A stretch of DNA of 64,000 bases from Vulcanimicrobiota bacterium (GTDB lineage: Bacteria; Vulcanimicrobiota; Vulcanimicrobiia; Vulcanimicrobiales; Vulcanimicrobiaceae): assembly GCA_963714015.1 (NCBI GenBank), contig OY970223.1, forward strand, positions 3,168,001 to 3,232,000, given 5' to 3'. The notes below the pieces were generated by a model, which searched no databases, was not told the DNA's origin, and was given only the letters and a program-made list of their open reading frames with translations. The translations under genes were made by a program, and so were the position numbers. Positions 41,050-54,200 of this stretch are shown piece by piece (within the stretch, counting starts at the first letter, position 1; each line of letters starts with the position of its first letter).

Positions 41050-42140
41050 CTATTTTACGATCGCGTGTTTGATCGAGCACCCGCCTTGCTTGTTGTTTGC
41101 CAGGTTCGACCATATGCCCTGAACGGCAAATGTTCCGGTCGTGAGCTGAATATTTTGAACGTGTCCGGGACCCGAGGGGTCCCATATACAGAGATCGCCC
41201 ACTTCCTCGCCGTTGTCCGCCGTCCAACCGCCCGCCGGAAACTGGTCGGTGATCGTCTCGGCCCATTCGTGTCCGTTGACAATCGAAACGCCGTCGAGCC
41301 TGTTTCCGGGATTCACGAATCCGGCGCCGCAATCGGCCCCGGCGTTCGGAACGTACGGCATGTTCGTAAAGGCGATGAAGGGGCCGCCGACTGCGCCGCC
41401 GCCGTCTAGACTACTGTCGCCGCTATAGTCGTGCCAGGCACAAAAACCGTTGCTTTTATAGCCGTCCGGGTCCGCTCCCGTAGGAGATATCACGTCGTAT
41501 TGCACGCTGCGGTTGGACCGCTGCGTGGTATTGCCGAAATGCGTCGCGGCGTTTTCAGACTTCTTGTGCGAGCTGATGCGCAGTGGCTTTCTGCGGTGCC
41601 GGACCCGACGCGTCTTCCCAAACGCCCGCGAGGGCACCGCCCGCCGGATAACCGACGTGCGTAACGTTGGAGGAACAGAACGTGGCGCCGGCCTTTACAC
41701 CCTGGCAATATTGCGTCATCACCCCGCTCCAGAGCCTCGTTGCCCGTGCCCAAGCCTGCGAAGAACGCCTGCACGTAAGGAGCCAGATTGTCGGGATCGT
41801 TGGAGAAGGTTGTATAGCCTTGGCCATTCTTGCCTTTTTTGCCCCATTGATTGCCCCAGAATACGAGGTAGATCTTGGGGGTGCCGGTGGTCACGCCTAC
41901 GCCGTCGATACCGCCGCGGAAACGGACGTCATACGAAGAGATCGCCTGCAGCGGCTCTCGCCTTCCTAGCATCGGTAGCAAACCGTGCCGATAGGAGCCG
42001 CTGAACTGTCCTTGCAGCTGCAATTGCGCGTCATGCTGTTCCGGGAGTACGCCGGCTGCCGACCCCCCGATTTTTCCGGAGCAGGCAGTAAGTGCCAGCG
42101 CCGCAATCAAAGCAGCGCCGGCGAAACGATTCAAAGTCAT
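41050..42140 (-). CDS. Secreted lipoprotein with Phi-1/EXORDIUM-like (HExxE) domain; two apparent frameshifts (about 41735 and 41560)
   Basis: Lipobox LTAC, PKIYLVFWG, WSGVMTQY, FCAWH, HEWAETITD, EVGDLC, FAVQGIWSN across three frames. Confidence 0.65.
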
Positions 42141-42276
42141 CCGTTTCTCCTCGTTCCGCCATCGTAGCATCGGACGGCGTCCGCCGTTCTGGGCCGAATC
42201 TACCATTTCGCAATTTGCAGCCGGGCGAACGCCGCACGAGTTTGGCAACGGAATGCCTGCGGGTACTCCAGGCTCC

Positions 42277-43465
42277 ATGAAAGCTTTCGCAAGCATTGCC
42301 GCCGCTTGTTGCATCGCGGCGGCCTTCATGGGAAGCGGGCTCATCACGCCGCTGTACGAGCTGTACCGCAAGGCATTCGGCTTCGATGAGATTACGCTGA
42401 CGCTCGTCTACGCCGCGTACGCCGTCGGCAACGTTGCCGCGTTGTTGTACTTCGGGAGACTTTCCGACGCCGCCGGACGGCGGTTCGTCGCGCTCTCGAG
42501 CGTCGCCGTCGGCTGCGTCAGCATGCTGTTCTTTGTTTTTGCGACAGGTACGGTGTGGCTATTTGCCGGGCGAGTGCTGAGCGGGGTTGCCGTCGGGCTC
42601 GCATCCGGAACGGGTACTGCGTGGCTGTCCGATCTGAATGAGGACAAGAATGCGGCAACGGTGCTCGCGGTCGCGGCAAACTCGTTCGGATTTGCGCTGG
42701 GTCCACTCGCTGCCGGTTTTGCGGCGCAATATGCGGTCCCGCCCCTCGCGATTCCGTTTTACGTCTACATTCCGCTGCTGCTCGCGACCGGTGCGCTCAT
42801 AGCAGTCGCGTGCGAAACGGTCGATGTTCGTGAAAGACGCATCACTCTGGAAACCTTACGTCCGCGCGTCGGCGTTCCGGAAAGTATTCGAGGGCAGTTC
42901 GTCGCGCCGGCAGTGACGGCTTTCGGCGTCTTCGCACTGGTAGGCTTCTACGCCGCACTCGCACCGGAGGTACTGCGAAACGACTTACACGAAACAAACC
43001 TCGCCGTCGGCGGTCTCATTGTTTTCGAGCTTGCGTTCCTAGCCGGTTGCGCGACGATACTTTCACGCAAAATCGATTCGCGAACCTTGATGCTCGCGGC
43101 CCTGGTGCTGCTGTTGCCGGCCATCGCTCTTCTGCTGTTGGCAAGCGCCGAGCACTCGATGATAATGCTGATCGGCGCGTCGGCAATTAGCGCTCTCTGC
43201 TGGGGCTTTCGGTATCCGCGGATCGCTGCAGGTTATCAACGAGATCGCCCCGGCTGACCGCCGCGCCGAAGTGGCGTCCGGCTATTACATCGCGGGGTTC
43301 ATCGGCAACTCGATTCCGGTAATCGGGATCGGCGTCATCTCGGCAGCAAGCAGCGCCCAGATCGCAAGTTTGACTTTCGGCTGCACGATTGCGGCCTTTG
43401 CGGTGGCGGCGCTGCTGGCAGACTTCAAGTTCGGCGGAAGGCGACAGGCCCGGGCCGGAACCTAG
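42277..43465 (+). CDS. MFS transporter; apparent frameshift (about 43212)
   Basis: TPLYELY, GRLSDAAGRR (MFS motif A), many TM helices; C-terminal helices are in a shifted frame. Confidence 0.85.
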
Positions 43466-43542
43466 GCGGGCAGGCCACAGCCCGGCCGGAGCCCGCGCCG
43501 GGGCCTCAATCATCGAGCCCGACGGCCGATGTTCTGTAAAGA

Positions 43543-45045
43543 ATGAATCGGCTGTCGACGGCGCTCATCGTTGGGCTGGTCTTAACCTTGGGCGGCTTTG
43601 GGTTTTACTCGTGGGAGCTTAGCATCCTCAGCCTCACGCTTTTGGTGACGCTGCTCTACACCTCACGCGTCTACAGGCGCCGCGGGGAGCGGGCTCTGCG
43701 CGATCAGATGAAGCGGCTGGAACGCGCCGCATTAACGGACAGCCTCACTGCTCTAGGCAACCACCGCGCTTTCTACGATCAATTCGAACGTGAGGTTTCG
43801 CGGGCGCGCCGGCACGAGTTGCCGCTGACGCTGGCTTTGCTCGACGTTGACGATTTCAAGTCGCTCAACGACACGCAAGGTCACAAGCACGGCGATGAGC
43901 TGCTGCTGGCTCTGGCCGAATCCATTTCGAGAAACCGCACCGAAGACATCGCCTACCGGATCGGCGGCGACGAATTCGCCCTTTTGCTGGTGGAGACGGA
44001 CGCTGCGGGCGCACGCATCGTATGCGAGCGGCTGCGCGCGGAGCTCGAGCAAGTCATCGCACCGAGCACCGTTTCGATCGGCGTTTCGACGGTGAACGTC
44101 GAGCACGATCAGCATGACCTGTACGAGTTCGCGGACGCCGCGCTTTATTCTGCAAAAGCGCGCGGCCGCAACTTGACGGTCTACTTCGACGAAATGGGCA
44201 AGGACGCCGTCGTATTCTCGAACCGCAAGGCGTCCGCGCTTCGCACGCTGCTGGAAGCGGACCGCATCGAGATTGCGTTTCAGCCGATTTGGAGTCTCGC
44301 CCAATCGCACATCTTCGGTCTCGAAGCGCTGGCGCGACCGCCGGCGGGATCGGGCTTGTCCGGACCGCAAGAAGCATTCGACGTGTCGGAGCGCATTCGC
44401 CGAACCGCGGAGCTGGACGTGCTATGCGTTCGCAGCGTCTTCAACGCGGCTCGTGCATTACCGGACGACGTCTTTCTTTTCGTGAACGTTTCGCCGGACT
44501 CGCTGAGCCATCCGCTGCTCTCACCGGAGTGCTGGCTCCAAATGCTGACCGGCGCGAATCTTCGTCCCTCGCAGGTCGTCATCGAGCTGACGGAGCGCCG
44601 CATTACGCATCCCGACCACGTGATGAGAATGCTCGCCGCGTTACGCGAGAGCGGCATCGGCATCGCGCTTGACGATACCGGATCCGGCTATGCCGGCCTG
44701 AATTTGCTCACCCAAACCGCTTTTGATTTCGTGAAGGTCGATCGCTCGATCGTCGTCGGCGCCGAAACGAGCCAGCGAACCCGAGCGGTGCTGGCCGGCA
44801 TCATTGCCATCGCGCGCGAGTCCGGGAGCTTCGTGATTGCCGAAGGCATCGAGAATCCGCAACAGCTCGAGTTTTTGCGGCGTCTGCAGGAAGAGCGTCA
44901 AGACCGCTCGCTGGCCGTTCACGGAGCGCAAGGTTTCTTACTGGGACGTCCAACGATCGGCGATCCGCGGCCGGAAACGTTCTCGGAGTTCGCAGCTTTC
45001 CTAGACGCGCAACCTGCAGCACCACGGCAACTCAAAGCGGGATAG
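43543..45045 (+). CDS. Membrane GGDEF-EAL protein
   Basis: Two TM helices, RIGGDEF, FQPI..EALAR, IELTE, LDDTGSGY, VKVDRS, AEGIE, QGFLLGRP. Confidence 0.9.
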   Translation: MNRLSTALIVGLVLTLGGFGFYSWELSILSLTLLVTLLYTSRVYRRRGERALRDQMKRLERAALTDSLTALGNHRAFYDQFEREVSRARRHELPLTLALLDVDDFKSLNDTQGHKHGDELLLALAESISRNRTEDIAYRIGGDEFALLLVETDAAGARIVCERLRAELEQVIAPSTVSIGVSTVNVEHDQHDLYEFADAALYSAKARGRNLTVYFDEMGKDAVVFSNRKASALRTLLEADRIEIAFQPIWSLAQSHIFGLEALARPPAGSGLSGPQEAFDVSERIRRTAELDVLCVRSVFNAARALPDDVFLFVNVSPDSLSHPLLSPECWLQMLTGANLRPSQVVIELTERRITHPDHVMRMLAALRESGIGIALDDTGSGYAGLNLLTQTAFDFVKVDRSIVVGAETSQRTRAVLAGIIAIARESGSFVIAEGIENPQQLEFLRRLQEERQDRSLAVHGAQGFLLGRPTIGDPRPETFSEFAAFLDAQPAAPRQLKAG

Positions 45046-45051
45046 AGTCTT

Positions 45052-45465
45052 TCAGCTTTGCTGGATGCGATAACCGATCATCCACGTGACGCCGTATTTG
45101 TCATCGAGCATTCCGAATTTCTCGGCGAAGAACGTCTTGTCCATAGGCAGCGTGATTTCACCGCCTTCGGATAATTTGGAAAATGCGGCTTCGGCCTGGC
45201 TCTGGTCGTCCGTTTGCACCGATATCGAGAAGTTGTTTCCGGGATTCCCGGCGCGTCCCGGCGGCGCATCCATGCACGCAACCGTTCCCAACGGGGAGTT
45301 GAGCGACCCGTACATCACCTTACGGTTCATACTTTCATCAATCGGTTGACCGGGCGGGGCGTCTCCGTAGCGTGCGATTTGAATTTCGCCGCCGAGAGCG
45401 CTGCGGTAGTGTGCGAGCGCCTCTTCGGCGTTTCCGGTAAAGTAGAGACAGGGATGGAGCGGCAT
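45052..45465 (-). CDS. VOC/PhnB family protein
   Basis: LHPCLYFTGNAEEALAHY, FSKLSEGGEI, FGMLDDKYGVTWMI; AAGGAG SD. Confidence 0.85.
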   Translation of the reverse strand: MPLHPCLYFTGNAEEALAHYRSALGGEIQIARYGDAPPGQPIDESMNRKVMYGSLNSPLGTVACMDAPPGRAGNPGNNFSISVQTDDQSQAEAAFSKLSEGGEITLPMDKTFFAEKFGMLDDKYGVTWMIGYRIQQS

Positions 45466-45709
45466 TGTTTCTCCTTGTGCACGATTATTTGGTAAAAAGG
45501 ACGTGGTTTGGCTCTCCATCGAGAACGGCCGCCCATTGCGGCCCCATGCGAACACTCTAACATGCGTAGTTGCTTTTTGCAAGTATGCTGTTTAATAGGA
45601 AGTCAACTTCCGCACGGGAACGGTTCGGCGGCCCTGGCTGAACGCGACTGTTCGATGCATCCTCCCTCTGTGGCGGCGGATTTTTAGTAAGGCGCCTGCC
45701 GGGGAACGA

Positions 45710-47857
45710 GTGCACGGGACGATGGACTCCGTAGATACGCCATCCGCTATCGGCGATCGAACTGATTCCGGGGATCGCCTTGCGCGATTTCTCTTCGACG
45801 TTTCGGCGTTGCTCTCCATGTCGCTCACCAGCAGCGCCTTGGCCGAGCGCGTGGCGCGAGCGGCCTTGCGAACATTCAGCGATCTTTGCGCCGTCTACGT
45901 GCTGGGCGATGGCGGTTTGCTCAACGTGGCAGCAGTTGCGGCGCGGGATGACAAAACGCGTTCCAAGGCGGTCAGACCGTTAGAGTCCCTGGCTTCCTCG
46001 GGACAAGGCTTCGTTTACGAAGCGATGCGTTCGGGGCAGAATCTGACTTTTTCGAGCGACGGAGCCTCGGGTGACTTTATCAACGAAAGTGCCGCGCAAG
46101 CATTGCATGCCACCGGTATGCATGCGGCGATCGTCCTTCCCATACTCATCGGATCCTCCGCCGCCGGTGTGGTGTGTTTTTTTCGCGTCGCCGTTAGCTT
46201 CGAGCGGCGTGACGTTCGTTGTGCGCATGCCGTTGCGCGACAATTCAGCCTGGCCCTCGAGAACGCGTCGCTGCGCGAACGGCAGCAGCGCATAGAATCC
46301 CGGACCGCTTTGTTGCGGGACGCAACGGATCGGCTTTTTTCGACGCCCGAGGAGCATGAAATGCTCGAACAGCTGCTCGAGGTGCTCGTGCAGCAATTCG
46401 CCGAGCGCGCCGTAGCGGTAGAACTGCACGAGAATCAATTGCAGCCTATTGCCTCAGCCGGTGCCTGCGACGACGAACGGCTTTGCCCCGAAGGCGACGA
46501 GCGTGTCTTAATCGATGCGATTCGCCGGCAGCGGCCTTTCTTGGCAAACCCGATGTACTCCCAATCGTGGATGATGTCGCCCCTTTTCGTGACGGGCCGC
46601 CCGCGTGGGGCGCTGCTCTGTTATTCTAACGCGCGCCGATACGATAGCGAGGATATGGAGACTCTGCGCGAGCTTTGCCAGCGAACTTCGCTGGCGCTCG
46701 AATACGCGGACAGCTTTGCCCGCGAGCGGCGGCTCGCGCAAACGTTGCAGCGCGCGACGCTTCCGCCGAATTTAGCGAGGCTTCCGGGAGCGATTACCAG
46801 TGTGGTTTATCGCCCGGCCTCACAGGAAGAGCAGGTCGGCGGCGATTGGTACGACGTCTTTTCGCTCGACGAAGATCGCGTATTGGTGACAATCGGCGAC
46901 GTCACCGGGCATGGAGTACCGTCGTGGTCGATCATGTCGAAATTACGCCACACGATCAACGCGGTCGCGAAATATGAAGAAAATCCGGCACGGCTGCTGG
47001 ACGCCGTCGAGCCGATCGTGCAACAGCGGTACCCGGATGCAATAGCGACCGCATTCGTTGCGATCGTCAACCGGCGCCGCCGCTCCATAACCTATGCTAA
47101 TGCGGGACATCCGTCACCCGTGCTGCGCCGTAGCGGAAACACGATCGAACAACTGCGCGCCGAAGGACTACCCATCGGCTTGCGTCAGTTTTGTAAGCTC
47201 GAGCCCAGATCGGAAAGAACGAATCTGGACGGTATCGACTTGCTCGTATTCTACACCGACGGGCTGACGGAATCTACGCGCAATATCATCGATGGGGAAC
47301 GCCGGCTCGTGCATGCGCTCGAGCGCGAGGCTGCCGTGGTGACTTCCGATTCTGCTGAATTCATCAAGAGCGCGTGCCTGCGCGGGCCGTTACCGGACGA
47401 CGTCGCTATACTGGCCCTCAACTTCGTGCCGATGGACCGCTGGAAATTTGAGTCGAACGACCAGAGTGCGGCGCAGCAGGCTCGCCGCGAATTTTGCGAT
47501 CTTCTGCACCAAAAGGAGTACTGCGCGGAAGACTCCGCTGCAGGCGAACTCATTTTCGGCGAGGTCGTGAGCAACGTTGCGCGCCATGCTCCGGGAACCG
47601 TCGAAGCGGCGCTGGAATGGTCGGGCCGCCGGGCCGTATTGCACGTACTCGACCGCGGACCCGGCTATCATGCCGAAACGCCGACGCGAGCCGACGTTCT
47701 TTCGGAAAGCGGCCGCGGGCTTTGGCTCGTCAATCGCATCGGCGGGCAGATCGAAATCGAGCCGCTTCCCGGCTTCGGCATGCACACCCGCGTTGTTCTA
47801 CCCTTCAGCGATTCCTTAGTCTCGCACGTAGCACTTTCGTCCGAGATTCGAGCATGA
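45710..47857 (+). CDS. GAF-GAF-SpoIIE (PP2C) phosphatase with C-terminal HATPase_c (RsbW-like) domain
   Basis: LQRATLP, VGGDWYD, GDVTGHG, NAGHP, YTDGLTE, DDVAIL, then EVVSNVARHA...DRGPG...SGRGLWL. Confidence 0.85.
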   Translation: MHGTMDSVDTPSAIGDRTDSGDRLARFLFDVSALLSMSLTSSALAERVARAALRTFSDLCAVYVLGDGGLLNVAAVAARDDKTRSKAVRPLESLASSGQGFVYEAMRSGQNLTFSSDGASGDFINESAAQALHATGMHAAIVLPILIGSSAAGVVCFFRVAVSFERRDVRCAHAVARQFSLALENASLRERQQRIESRTALLRDATDRLFSTPEEHEMLEQLLEVLVQQFAERAVAVELHENQLQPIASAGACDDERLCPEGDERVLIDAIRRQRPFLANPMYSQSWMMSPLFVTGRPRGALLCYSNARRYDSEDMETLRELCQRTSLALEYADSFARERRLAQTLQRATLPPNLARLPGAITSVVYRPASQEEQVGGDWYDVFSLDEDRVLVTIGDVTGHGVPSWSIMSKLRHTINAVAKYEENPARLLDAVEPIVQQRYPDAIATAFVAIVNRRRRSITYANAGHPSPVLRRSGNTIEQLRAEGLPIGLRQFCKLEPRSERTNLDGIDLLVFYTDGLTESTRNIIDGERRLVHALEREAAVVTSDSAEFIKSACLRGPLPDDVAILALNFVPMDRWKFESNDQSAAQQARREFCDLLHQKEYCAEDSAAGELIFGEVVSNVARHAPGTVEAALEWSGRRAVLHVLDRGPGYHAETPTRADVLSESGRGLWLVNRIGGQIEIEPLPGFGMHTRVVLPFSDSLVSHVALSSEIRA

Positions 47858-48026
47858 AGATCGCCGCGCGCGCCGACATTGCCCCAACGCCGCACGAAGC
47901 CAGAATAAGCGTTTTGCATTCTTTAATGCTTCATATTTGGTGCTCACGCCGGACGACGACCTCAGACGCTGCACTTCCCGCCGCTTACGTGCCGGTGGAC
48001 GTTGAAAGCCGCCGCAAACAGCCATA

Positions 48027-48063
48027 GAAAAGTCGAAGCCCCCGTTTTCACGAGGGCTTCGGC
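48027..48063 (-). terminator. Terminator downstream of tRNA-Asn
   Basis: GTCGAAGCCC...GGGCTTCGGC stem followed on the minus strand by TTTTCT. Confidence 0.6.
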
Positions 48064-48071
48064 GGTTGAAA

Positions 48072-48147
48072 TGGCTCCGGATGTTGGACTCGAACCAACG
48101 ACCCGCTGATTAACAGTCAGCTGCTCTACCAACTGAGCTAATCCGGA
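48072..48147 (-). tRNA. tRNA-Asn (GTT)
   Basis: Reverse complement TCCGGATTAGCTCAGTTGGTAGAGCAGCTGACTGTTAATCAGCGGGTCGTTGGTTCGAGTCCAACATCCGGAGCCA: 76 nt, cloverleaf, anticodon GTT, encoded CCA. Confidence 0.97.
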
Positions 48148-48204
48148 CCGCGCCTTTGGGCCGCCGACCCTGGTTCTGCGCCCGGGGTAGCGCCCCTCTT
48201 TTGC

Positions 48205-49039
48205 TCAGAGGAAGCGTACGGCAAGTACCGCCATGTCGTCGCGGACGTTTCCTTTACTGAATTGTAAAGCGTCTTGCAGCACCTCATCGGCAAGGCGCGA
48301 CATCGAATGTAGACGACCTCCATCTACTAGATTCAACAACCTTTCCTCGCCGTAGAATGCACCGGCCGGATCGCGCGCTTCGGTGATGCCGTCGGTTGCC
48401 AAAACCAGCACGCTGCCGGACGGCAGTTCCATAGAATCGCTGGTGGAACAGGTGCGACTGGTCTTCAAAAACGCCGATGATGGGCGCCGTAACCGGTAGT
48501 TGACGCGGACGCTCTGCGGGGCGTGCAAGGATTGCGAGATCGTGCCCCGCTGCCGAATAGCCGAGCGTGGCCCGCTCGGAATCGATCATCGCAAAGAATA
48601 CCGATGCGAACGATTCGCGTTTTTCGAATGCGCTGTTTTCCAGGTAGAGGCGATCGAGATTTCTCAAGACGATCTCCGGCGACATACCCGATGACGCGTA
48701 CGCACGAATCGAATACTTGATGAGCGCGGCGTTGGCGGCGGCCGCTGCTCCATGGCCGGAAACGTCCGCCGCCATGAAGCTCACGCTGCCGTTATCGTAG
48801 ACATAGACGTCGAGGACGTCGCCTCCCAAATGTGTGTCCGGAAGCTCGTATACGATCGCGTACTCGACCTTATCGACGATCTCGGCTTTTGGCGCGAAGA
48901 TGTCGCGAAGCACCGCGTTGGACTCGGCCGGATCCTTCGCATAGCCTCGCCGGCCGCGTACGTCGGCGCTTCCATCTTTTTGAAGAGCAGCTTCTTCAAT
49001 TGGCGCGGGGACTGTCTGCGGACGCCATTCGGAACTCAT
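48205..49039 (-). CDS. Stand-alone SpoIIE/RsbU-type PP2C phosphatase; apparent frameshift (about 48435)
   Basis: LGGDVLD, ADVSGHG, AAGH, then in the shifted frame LATDGITEAR...RDDMAVL. Confidence 0.85.
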
Positions 49040-49116
49040 TGCGTGCGTTTTACCCTGGAAAACACGTGGCCGGCATCCGCTTGGAAGCCGGCCACTGCGC
49101 GCTAGGAGTGTGCTGT

Positions 49117-49710
49117 TTAGTACGGGCGAGAGGCCTGACGGCGAACCATGAGCGGACGCGTTAGCGTGAGCTGAACCTGGTCGCCGGAGCTGACCTGAAT
49201 ATTGGACTTCTTGTTGTAGCCGGTCAGGAAGCCGCCGACCGCACCGATAGCGCCGCCGGCGCCCGTATGGAAGATCGTCTTGCCGATGATGTTGCCGGCA
49301 ATCATACCGCCGATCGTGGTGAGCGCCACGTGGCCGCCGTTACGGGTTTGCGCTTTCGGTCCGCCGGTCGTCATCTCGGCGTTGAGCGGATAGCTCGCGC
49401 CGTTTTGCAACGTGACGGAATCCCACGATAGATGAAGCTCCGGATTGCGGCCCTGTCCCGCGGAAACCACTTTGATGACGGTCCCGTTGACGATCGCATT
49501 CGCAAACGTCGGATCGTCATTGGGATAGGGCGAGACGACTCGCGCCGTAAAGTGCTGACCGGCATAGGCGCTGCCCGAGTTCAGCGTGTTTTGAAACTGC
49601 ACGTTCAGCGTCTGGCCTTGCGACAGCGTCACCGTCTGCGCCAGAGCCGCGACCGGCACGATGAACGCGAGGAGCATCGCCAGCGCCGGGATTCTGCTTC
49701 GAAGGGTCAT
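49117..49710 (-). CDS. Secreted hypothetical protein with glycine-zipper segment
   Basis: Signal peptide (..AALA), 'LNSGSAYAGQHFTA', GGMIAGNIIG..GAGGAIGAVGG; AAGGAG SD. Confidence 0.7.
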   Translation of the reverse strand: MTLRSRIPALAMLLAFIVPVAALAQTVTLSQGQTLNVQFQNTLNSGSAYAGQHFTARVVSPYPNDDPTFANAIVNGTVIKVVSAGQGRNPELHLSWDSVTLQNGASYPLNAEMTTGGPKAQTRNGGHVALTTIGGMIAGNIIGKTIFHTGAGGAIGAVGGFLTGYNKKSNIQVSSGDQVQLTLTRPLMVRRQASRPY

Positions 49711-49877
49711 ACGTTCTCCTTAATCTTTCTGTAAGAACCGTGGAGTCGGTCCCATGTTACCCACGTTTGTTAGGCTGCTGAAGTGATAACGCAAAGGGGC
49801 CTCCATGTGTTGCATGGGACCCCTTGCTTCATCCTTCGATCGCGAGCGCCGGGTTTTTAGCGGCGTGCCGCGCCGCG

Positions 49878-51101
<1,224 letters not shown>

Positions 51102-51102
51102 G

Positions 51103-52453
<1,351 letters not shown>

Positions 52454-52492
52454 CTACAAGAGTTGCCGAGGCCGGGCCCTAATGCTTGCCCG

Positions 52493-53077
52493 GTGTTGAA
52501 TCTGGAGGGGTACCTGGACGCGCTGGCCTCGGAAGCGCCGGCTCCCGGCGGCGGAAGCGCCGCTATGGTGGTCGCCGCGGCAGGCTGCGCCTTGGTCGCT
52601 ATGGTGGCTCGAATCTGCGCATCCAGCAATAAATTTGCGGAGGTGCGAGCCCGCACCGTAGACTTGGCTGAACGGTCGGACCTTCTGCGTGCCCGCATGA
52701 TGCAACTCCGCGAAGCGGACGAGCACGCGTTCGACGCCGTCGTGGCGGCCCGCGGAAAACCCGAAGAGATGCAGCGAGCGCTGGCAACGGCTGCGGAGAC
52801 TCCGCTGCAAGGTGCGCAGGCCGCACTCGAAGCGCTGCTCTATGCCGGCGAAGCTCTCGAGCTGCACAACTCCAATTTGATCAGTGACGTCGGCTGCGCG
52901 GCCGAGTTCGCCTATGCGGCGCTTGCATCGTGCGCATTCAACGTGCGCATCAACCACAAGTTTATGAAGGATGCCGAGCTGGTTCGAATGCAGAGCCGCA
53001 AACTCGAAAAGATTGAGGTGGAAGGCAAGAATCGGCTCGAAGCGATCCGCGCGGCCGTAAGCGCCGCCTTGTCATGA
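52493..53077 (+). CDS. Formiminotransferase-cyclodeaminase family (methenyl-THF cyclohydrolase-like)
   Basis: YLDALASEAPAPGGGS, NLISDVG, NVRIN. Confidence 0.88.
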   Translation: MLNLEGYLDALASEAPAPGGGSAAMVVAAAGCALVAMVARICASSNKFAEVRARTVDLAERSDLLRARMMQLREADEHAFDAVVAARGKPEEMQRALATAAETPLQGAQAALEALLYAGEALELHNSNLISDVGCAAEFAYAALASCAFNVRINHKFMKDAELVRMQSRKLEKIEVEGKNRLEAIRAAVSAALS

Positions 53078-53084
53078 TCCCGGC

Positions 53085-53888
53085 TTACGCCACCAAATCC
53101 AAAAAGGGGCGGAGGTCCTCCTCTTCTATCTCCACACCGACGCCGCGCGTATGATACCGGATGTCGTGAAAATCCGATCCGCCGGTCATCACCAATCCTA
53201 ATCGCGACGCTTGATCGCGAAAGTACTGCGTCTGGTTCCGGTCGTGCGAGGGATAGAATACCTCAAGACCGCGCAGGCCATTTTCCGCGAGCTCGTCGAC
53301 GATGGCGTAGTCTTTCAAGCGACCCGGATGAGCAAGCACCGGAACGCCGCCGGCCTGGGCGATTATGGTAATTGCGTCGTGCGGACCCATATGCGTGGAC
53401 GGCACGTACCCTGGTGCTCCGCGGCGCAAGAACCGGCGAAAGGCCGTTTCGATGTCGGGAGCGATGCCTCGCCGGATCAGCGCCTTGCCTACGTGCGGCC
53501 GCCCCAGCGAAGCGCGCTCGGCCGCTTCGGCTTGGACGTGTTCCATGCTGATGTCGTGCCCTGCCTCGCGAAGTTGCGAAACGATTCGGCTCACGCGGAT
53601 TCGGCGAGCTGCGCGATTGCGTTCCAAGACGGCGCCGAGTGCCGCATGCGCCGTCGGCAAACGATACCCCAAAATGTGGACTTCGCTGTCCTTATACGTG
53701 GTGTTGATTTCGATGCCGGTGACGACACGTACACCGGCGGGCGCCTCGAACCGGCCGTAGGCGCCCAATGTATCGTGATCGGTAATGGAAAAAACGCGCA
53801 CGCCCCGCCGCCCCATGAATTCGCAGAGAGCCTGCGGCGAGAGCGTTCCGTCACTCTCGGACGTGTGAGAGTGAAAATCAACGATCAC
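53085..53888 (-). CDS. PHP domain phosphoesterase
   Basis: DFHSHTSESDG, ITDHD, GIEI, HILGY, GRPH, LAHP, GGSDFH. Confidence 0.9.
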   Translation of the reverse strand: MIVDFHSHTSESDGTLSPQALCEFMGRRGVRVFSITDHDTLGAYGRFEAPAGVRVVTGIEINTTYKDSEVHILGYRLPTAHAALGAVLERNRAARRIRVSRIVSQLREAGHDISMEHVQAEAAERASLGRPHVGKALIRRGIAPDIETAFRRFLRRGAPGYVPSTHMGPHDAITIIAQAGGVPVLAHPGRLKDYAIVDELAENGLRGLEVFYPSHDRNQTQYFRDQASRLGLVMTGGSDFHDIRYHTRGVGVEIEEEDLRPFLDLVA

Positions 53889-53903
53889 CTATGCGCCGAT
53901 CAC

Positions 53904-54200
53904 CTAGGGACTTCGGCGCTCGATGGCGAGCGAAATCCCGGTCCGCTCGTTGCCGTTGATCTCCACGTCTATAAAGGAAGGAACGCAGGTCAGATCGATT
54001 TGACTGGTTTTTAGATAACTGCGTGCGATCGCCACCGCCTTAATCGCTTGATTGATGGCGCCGGCGCCGACGGCTTGAAGTTCCGCCTCGTCGCGTTCCC
54101 GTAACACTGCCGCAAGTGCGCCCGCCACGGAATTGGGACTGCTCTTCGCCGAGACCTTAAGGACGTTCGCGGTGATGTGCTTTTCCGGATCCTGTATCAT
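53904..54200 (-). CDS. spoVS: Stage V sporulation protein S family
   Basis: VLKVSAKSSPNSVAGALA...QAVGAGAINQAIKAVAIAR. Confidence 0.93.
   Translation of the reverse strand: MIQDPEKHITANVLKVSAKSSPNSVAGALAAVLRERDEAELQAVGAGAINQAIKAVAIARSYLKTSQIDLTCVPSFIDVEINGNERTGISLAIERRSP

Noticed and set aside
40336..48147. Genomic island integrated at tRNA-Asn
   Set aside because: Gene content looks accessory, but I found no integrase and no duplicated tRNA 3' end by eye.
53904..54200. spoVS as evidence of sporulation
   Set aside because: SpoVS occurs widely in non-sporulating bacteria, and no other sporulation genes are present here.
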